Below, in pieces: positions 7,909 through 10,568 of a DNA stretch of 10,568 nucleotides (position 1 is the stretch's first letter; each line of letters opens with the position of its first letter). The translations under genes and the position numbers were made by a program. Source of the stretch: Oligoflexia bacterium (GTDB lineage Bacteria > Bdellovibrionota > UBA1018); the NCBI GenBank assembly GCA_043732485.1, contig JAYTHP010000179.1, positions 1 to 10,568 on the forward strand. Reading direction: 5' to 3'. The notes beneath the pieces are model-generated. The model saw nothing but the letters and a program-made list of their open reading frames with translations, was not told the origin of the DNA and made no database searches.

Positions 7909-7925
7909 AAAAGTGGTTCACTTTT
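7909..7925. terminator. Weak hairpin between convergent genes (possible terminator)
   Basis: AAAAGTG-gtt-CACTTTT runs into a T tract in the 68-bp gap between convergent stops. The stem is AT-rich and weak. Confidence 0.2.
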
Positions 7926-7944
7926 TTCCGATTTGCTTGTCCGA

Positions 7945-8870
7945 TTAAACGTCAAACTCTCCCTCGGCAAGCCTGAGGAGAAAGGTTTCGATGAAATAAT
8001 ACTCGATGCCGCTTTCCCAGCGATGAATCAAGCGATCAAATGAAACCATGATTAAGCGCTTGACTCTGTTTTCCTCCTGGCGGGTCTTGAGCCCATGAAA
8101 GTGGCAATCGGTCAAGCGGCTGGCGCTGGTCACTTTGCTGGCGATCTGATCGCCTAAGCAAAAATCAACTTCATGGTGGGCTTTCAATCTCTAAAAAGTC
8201 AGTGGCGTGTGGATGCGTCGATAGCTAAGGTGGGCGCGCAGTTCATGCAAAACCCAGGTTTCAAGAGCTCGAGCGAATACTGCCGACTCTCGCTCAAGAG
8301 CGATATTTTCGGCCAAGCAAAGTCCGCTGAACGCCTGAGTCAACGAGGTAGTACTTGACCGTACGAATGGCCCTTCGCTTTTTTGACTCCCGCCAAGGCT
8401 CAAGCGCGTAGCCGATCAGGGTATCCCTTACAATAGCAAGGTAGGCTCGCACGGTGGTCTCGCTCACGCCTGTGTCGCTTGCAACGGCCGCGTAATTGAG
8501 CAGCTCTCCTGACTGCCGGGCTGCGACTTTCAGGAAGCGGATACATTGCCCCAAGTCTCGCACGGCTGCTTGCTCTTGGATTTCTTCTTTATAAGTAGGT
8601 GTCGGCGTAAGCGTGAAGGGCCTGCCAGGGATCTTGGCTCAGGAGAACTGCGGGAAGTGCGCCCCACTGAAGTTTTTTCTCAAGCGCGGAGGGGTGATCA
8701 GTCAGCCTGAGAAGCGTGTTGAGGCTGAGCAGCGAGAGCACCTGGTCGTCAGGAGTCGCAGAGGTCAGAGTCTCTTGAATGAGGATAGTTTTTCCTGCCC
8801 CTTTGGGCTCAAGCAGTCAGTGAGACTGGAGTGTCAAGCGGCTGTTGAGATCGAGTCGTCGGGTGAATAC
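7945..8870 (-). pseudogene. AAA_14 ATPase + DUF4143 protein pseudogene
   Basis: Manual translation gives VFTRRLDL...SH*LLEPKGAGKT (degenerate Walker A at 8810-8787, TGA at 8819-8817) ...WGALPAV...AYADTYL. After a frameshift at 8591 it reads KEEIQEQAAVR...SGELLNYAAVASDTGVSETTVRAYLAIVRDTLIG...KYYLVDSGV. After a second frameshift at ~8310 it reads ALETWVLHEL...LTF*RLKAHHEVDF (TAG 8193-8191 at the usual Trp). The Walker B region is absent. Confidence 0.9.
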
Positions 8871-8995
8871 ACTCGTGTGTGGCAAGACGAGTAGGGTAGA
8901 GCGAAGAGCGAGAGAGAGGGCTTCTCTTCTGCTTCACGCAAAACACCGTCCTCATCGGGGACACGGGCGCTTAGGGTAAAATTAGTTTTACCTGA

Positions 8996-9024
8996 TGAAA
9001 AACAATATCTTAGGTTGTTTTTCA
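8996..9024. promoter_or_regulatory. Perfect 10-bp inverted repeat, possible operator or hairpin
   Basis: TGAAAAACAA (8996-9005), 9 nt, then TTGTTTTTCA (9015-9024). It sits in an AT-rich patch ~130-150 bp upstream of the ATPase pseudogene. Confidence 0.4.
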
Positions 9025-9154
9025 GGTTTTCAGCAGGAGCGTGGAGGATGATCATGGATAATTCTCAGGAGTGGAGTGGTTTAAAGTATGGGTGGCAGCG
9101 AAGCTGTAAGGGCCCAGAAAAGCTTGGTTTTACTGCTTTTTGATTGCTCTCTGG

Positions 9155-9183
9155 TCATTTCGCCGTTCATTGCGCCGTTCATT
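9155..9183. repeat. Short tandem repeat, 12-bp unit, ~2.4 copies
   Basis: TCATTTCGCCGT TCATTGCGCCGT TCATT. Confidence 0.6.
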
Positions 9184-9288
9184 CTTTTACGGTTTGCTTT
9201 CTTCGTGCGGCCGCTGCCTACCCGCGCAATTTTCTCGCCCCTTGCTTTGGCAACAAAGGAGGCTTTTGGGTGTAGGGGGGGGAGGCTA

Positions 9289-10248
9289 TTTGGGAATACT
9301 AAAGAGAGTGCCGAAGTTCGTAGGACCACCGTTGACGGTGATCCTATAGAACGTGAAGCCGTCGGCTGAGAGCAGTAGATTGCCATGTGGTTGCGCGCCG
9401 TCTGTGCTGCCACCGGTAAAAAAGTGCAAGTAGGTGGGGCTACCGCCGCTCATGGGGATGCTAAAAGCCGTGCCGTAATTGTCAGGCCCACCCGCTGACG
9501 TCATACCGTAGAGGGTGGAATCGGCGCCAGAAATCACCGTGCCGTAAGATGTCGCGCCGTCCGTGCTGCTGCCGGTAAAGAAGTGGAGGTAGGTGGGACT
9601 GCCACCAGAGGTGGGGATGCTAAAGACGGCGCCTAGATTGGAGGGTCCCCCTTGCAAGGTAAAACCGTAGAGGGTCGAGCCATCTTTTGAGAGCGCCAGT
9701 TCCCCGACCGGAAACGCCCCCGCGCTGGAGTCTCCGCTAAAAAAGTGTAAATAGGTCAGGCTTCCACCCCGAGTGGCGACACTAAAGACCGAGCCACTGC
9801 CGGTGGGACCGCTGCTGCTGGTCACCCCGTAAAGGGTCGTGCCGTCGCTAGAAAAGGTGAGATCGCCGTAGGGTACGCGCGCCATCCCTACTGCCACCTG
9901 CAAAAAAATACAGATAACTCGGACTGCCGCCACTTACGGGGATGCTCAAAAGCGTGCTGTTATCGGTGGGGCCGCCGTTTTTGGTCATGCTAGAGAGGGT
10001 CGAGCCATCGTTTGAGACTAATAACGCTTCATTAGCCCCTGCGCCATAGTTACTGCCTGAGGGGAAAAAATGCAGATAACGCACGCTGCTGCTGCTTGCC
10101 GTACCAAGCGGCAGGCTAAATAGCGAGCCACGATTAGCAGAACCGCCTAAAAACGTCATGCCGTAGAGCATGGCGCCGTCTTCCGAGAGGCTAGGCGTAC
10201 CATAGGGGGGGGTTGAGCCGTCGCTGCTGCCACCTTGAAAAAATGCAA
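9289..10248 (-). repeat. Six ~162-bp (54-aa) coding repeats
   Basis: L[HY]FF motifs start at 10248, 10075, 9913, 9750, 9588 and 9429, giving spacings of 173, 162, 163, 162 and 159 nt. Confidence 0.9.
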
Positions 10249-10556
10249 CACAGTGTAAAGCGCTACCCCTGTCAGGGAGTGGGTGGCTGGTGAGTGACGA
10301 TCCATTGACGCTAGCACTGATCACGCAAGCCCCAGGCGTGGTGCCCGTGAAGGTGGAGGTAAAAACGCCGTTGCCCAGACTCGTGAGGGTGCCAAAGGTG
10401 CCTTTTCCCGTGCCTGAGGAAAGCGTCAACGCTTCGGTAGTGATGCCGGTGGGGTTGGCGTTGCTATAAGAGTCATAAGTCGTGAGCGTGGCGCTGACTG
10501 AATGGCCTTTCACCACGCTAGGTGAGGCCACACTGAGCGTGCTTTTGCTTGCTGCA

Positions 10557-10568
10557 CCCCCCCCCCCC
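10557..10568. repeat. Homopolymer of at least 12 C (poly-G on the coding strand)
   Basis: Twelve consecutive C end the window, inside the open frame of the surface-protein gene. Confidence 0.9.

Larger units (their letters stand above)
9286..10568 (-). pseudogene. Frameshifted surface protein, 5'-truncated by the window: invasin-D3/Big-type Ig domain followed by six Gloeo_Verruco (GloVer)-like beta-propeller repeats
   Basis: The frame is open from the window edge. The Ig-like segment reads KSTLSVASPSV...TLTTYDSYSN...LGNGVFTSTFTGTTPG...ISASVNG. Repeats of consensus LHFFxGGSxDGAxPxGxLxxSxDGxTLYGxTxxGGPxNxGxxFSIP follow. ORFs 9848-10531 and 9286-9933 join through a one-base shift at ~9875-9882. 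An assembly error cannot be excluded. Confidence 0.8.

Noticed and set aside
3192..7921. Small antisense or out-of-frame ORFs within the sugar cluster
   Set aside because: They overlap motif-rich genes and have no independent coding evidence.
8191..8193. Amber readthrough or recoding at the in-frame TAG
   Set aside because: The same gene has a TGA, two frameshifts and a deletion, and TAG is used as a normal stop at 3843 and 5836. Simple TGG-to-TAG decay explains it.
8173..9413. ORFs 8173-8358, 8613-8894, 8834-9055, 9081-9413, 9088-9369 and 9140-9349
   Set aside because: They are shadows of the pseudogenes or motif-less intergenic frames.
9289..10248. CRISPR array or DGR template/variable repeat reading of the ~162-bp repeats
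   Set aside because: The repeats are degenerate, codon-phased protein repeats with no spacer structure, no evident adenine-specific variation, and no cas or reverse transcriptase gene in the window.

Overview
Bacterial DNA in three blocks. The protein styles suggest a Gram-negative, possibly Bdellovibrionota/Oligoflexia-like host, but this is inference only. (1) Minus strand, 502-2822: two overlapping genes encode a putative lipoprotein PHP-family (CehA/McbA-like) metallohydrolase and a putative outer-membrane beta-barrel protein. (2) Plus strand, ~2962-7876: an intact, divergent four-gene sugar cluster encodes a Dpm1-like GT2, a CofD/YvcK-family domain fused to a degenerate GT2 domain, a stand-alone GlmU-N-like nucleotidyltransferase and an NAD-dependent epimerase. 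This cluster is the best candidate for an undescribed pathway. (3) Minus strand, 7945-10568: a decayed block holds an AAA_14/DUF4143 ATPase pseudogene (two stops, two frameshifts, a large internal deletion) and a frameshifted surface-protein gene (invasin-type Ig domain plus six ~54-aa propeller repeats) that runs off the window at a C12 tract. I recognised no RNA genes, CRISPR array or intact mobile element.
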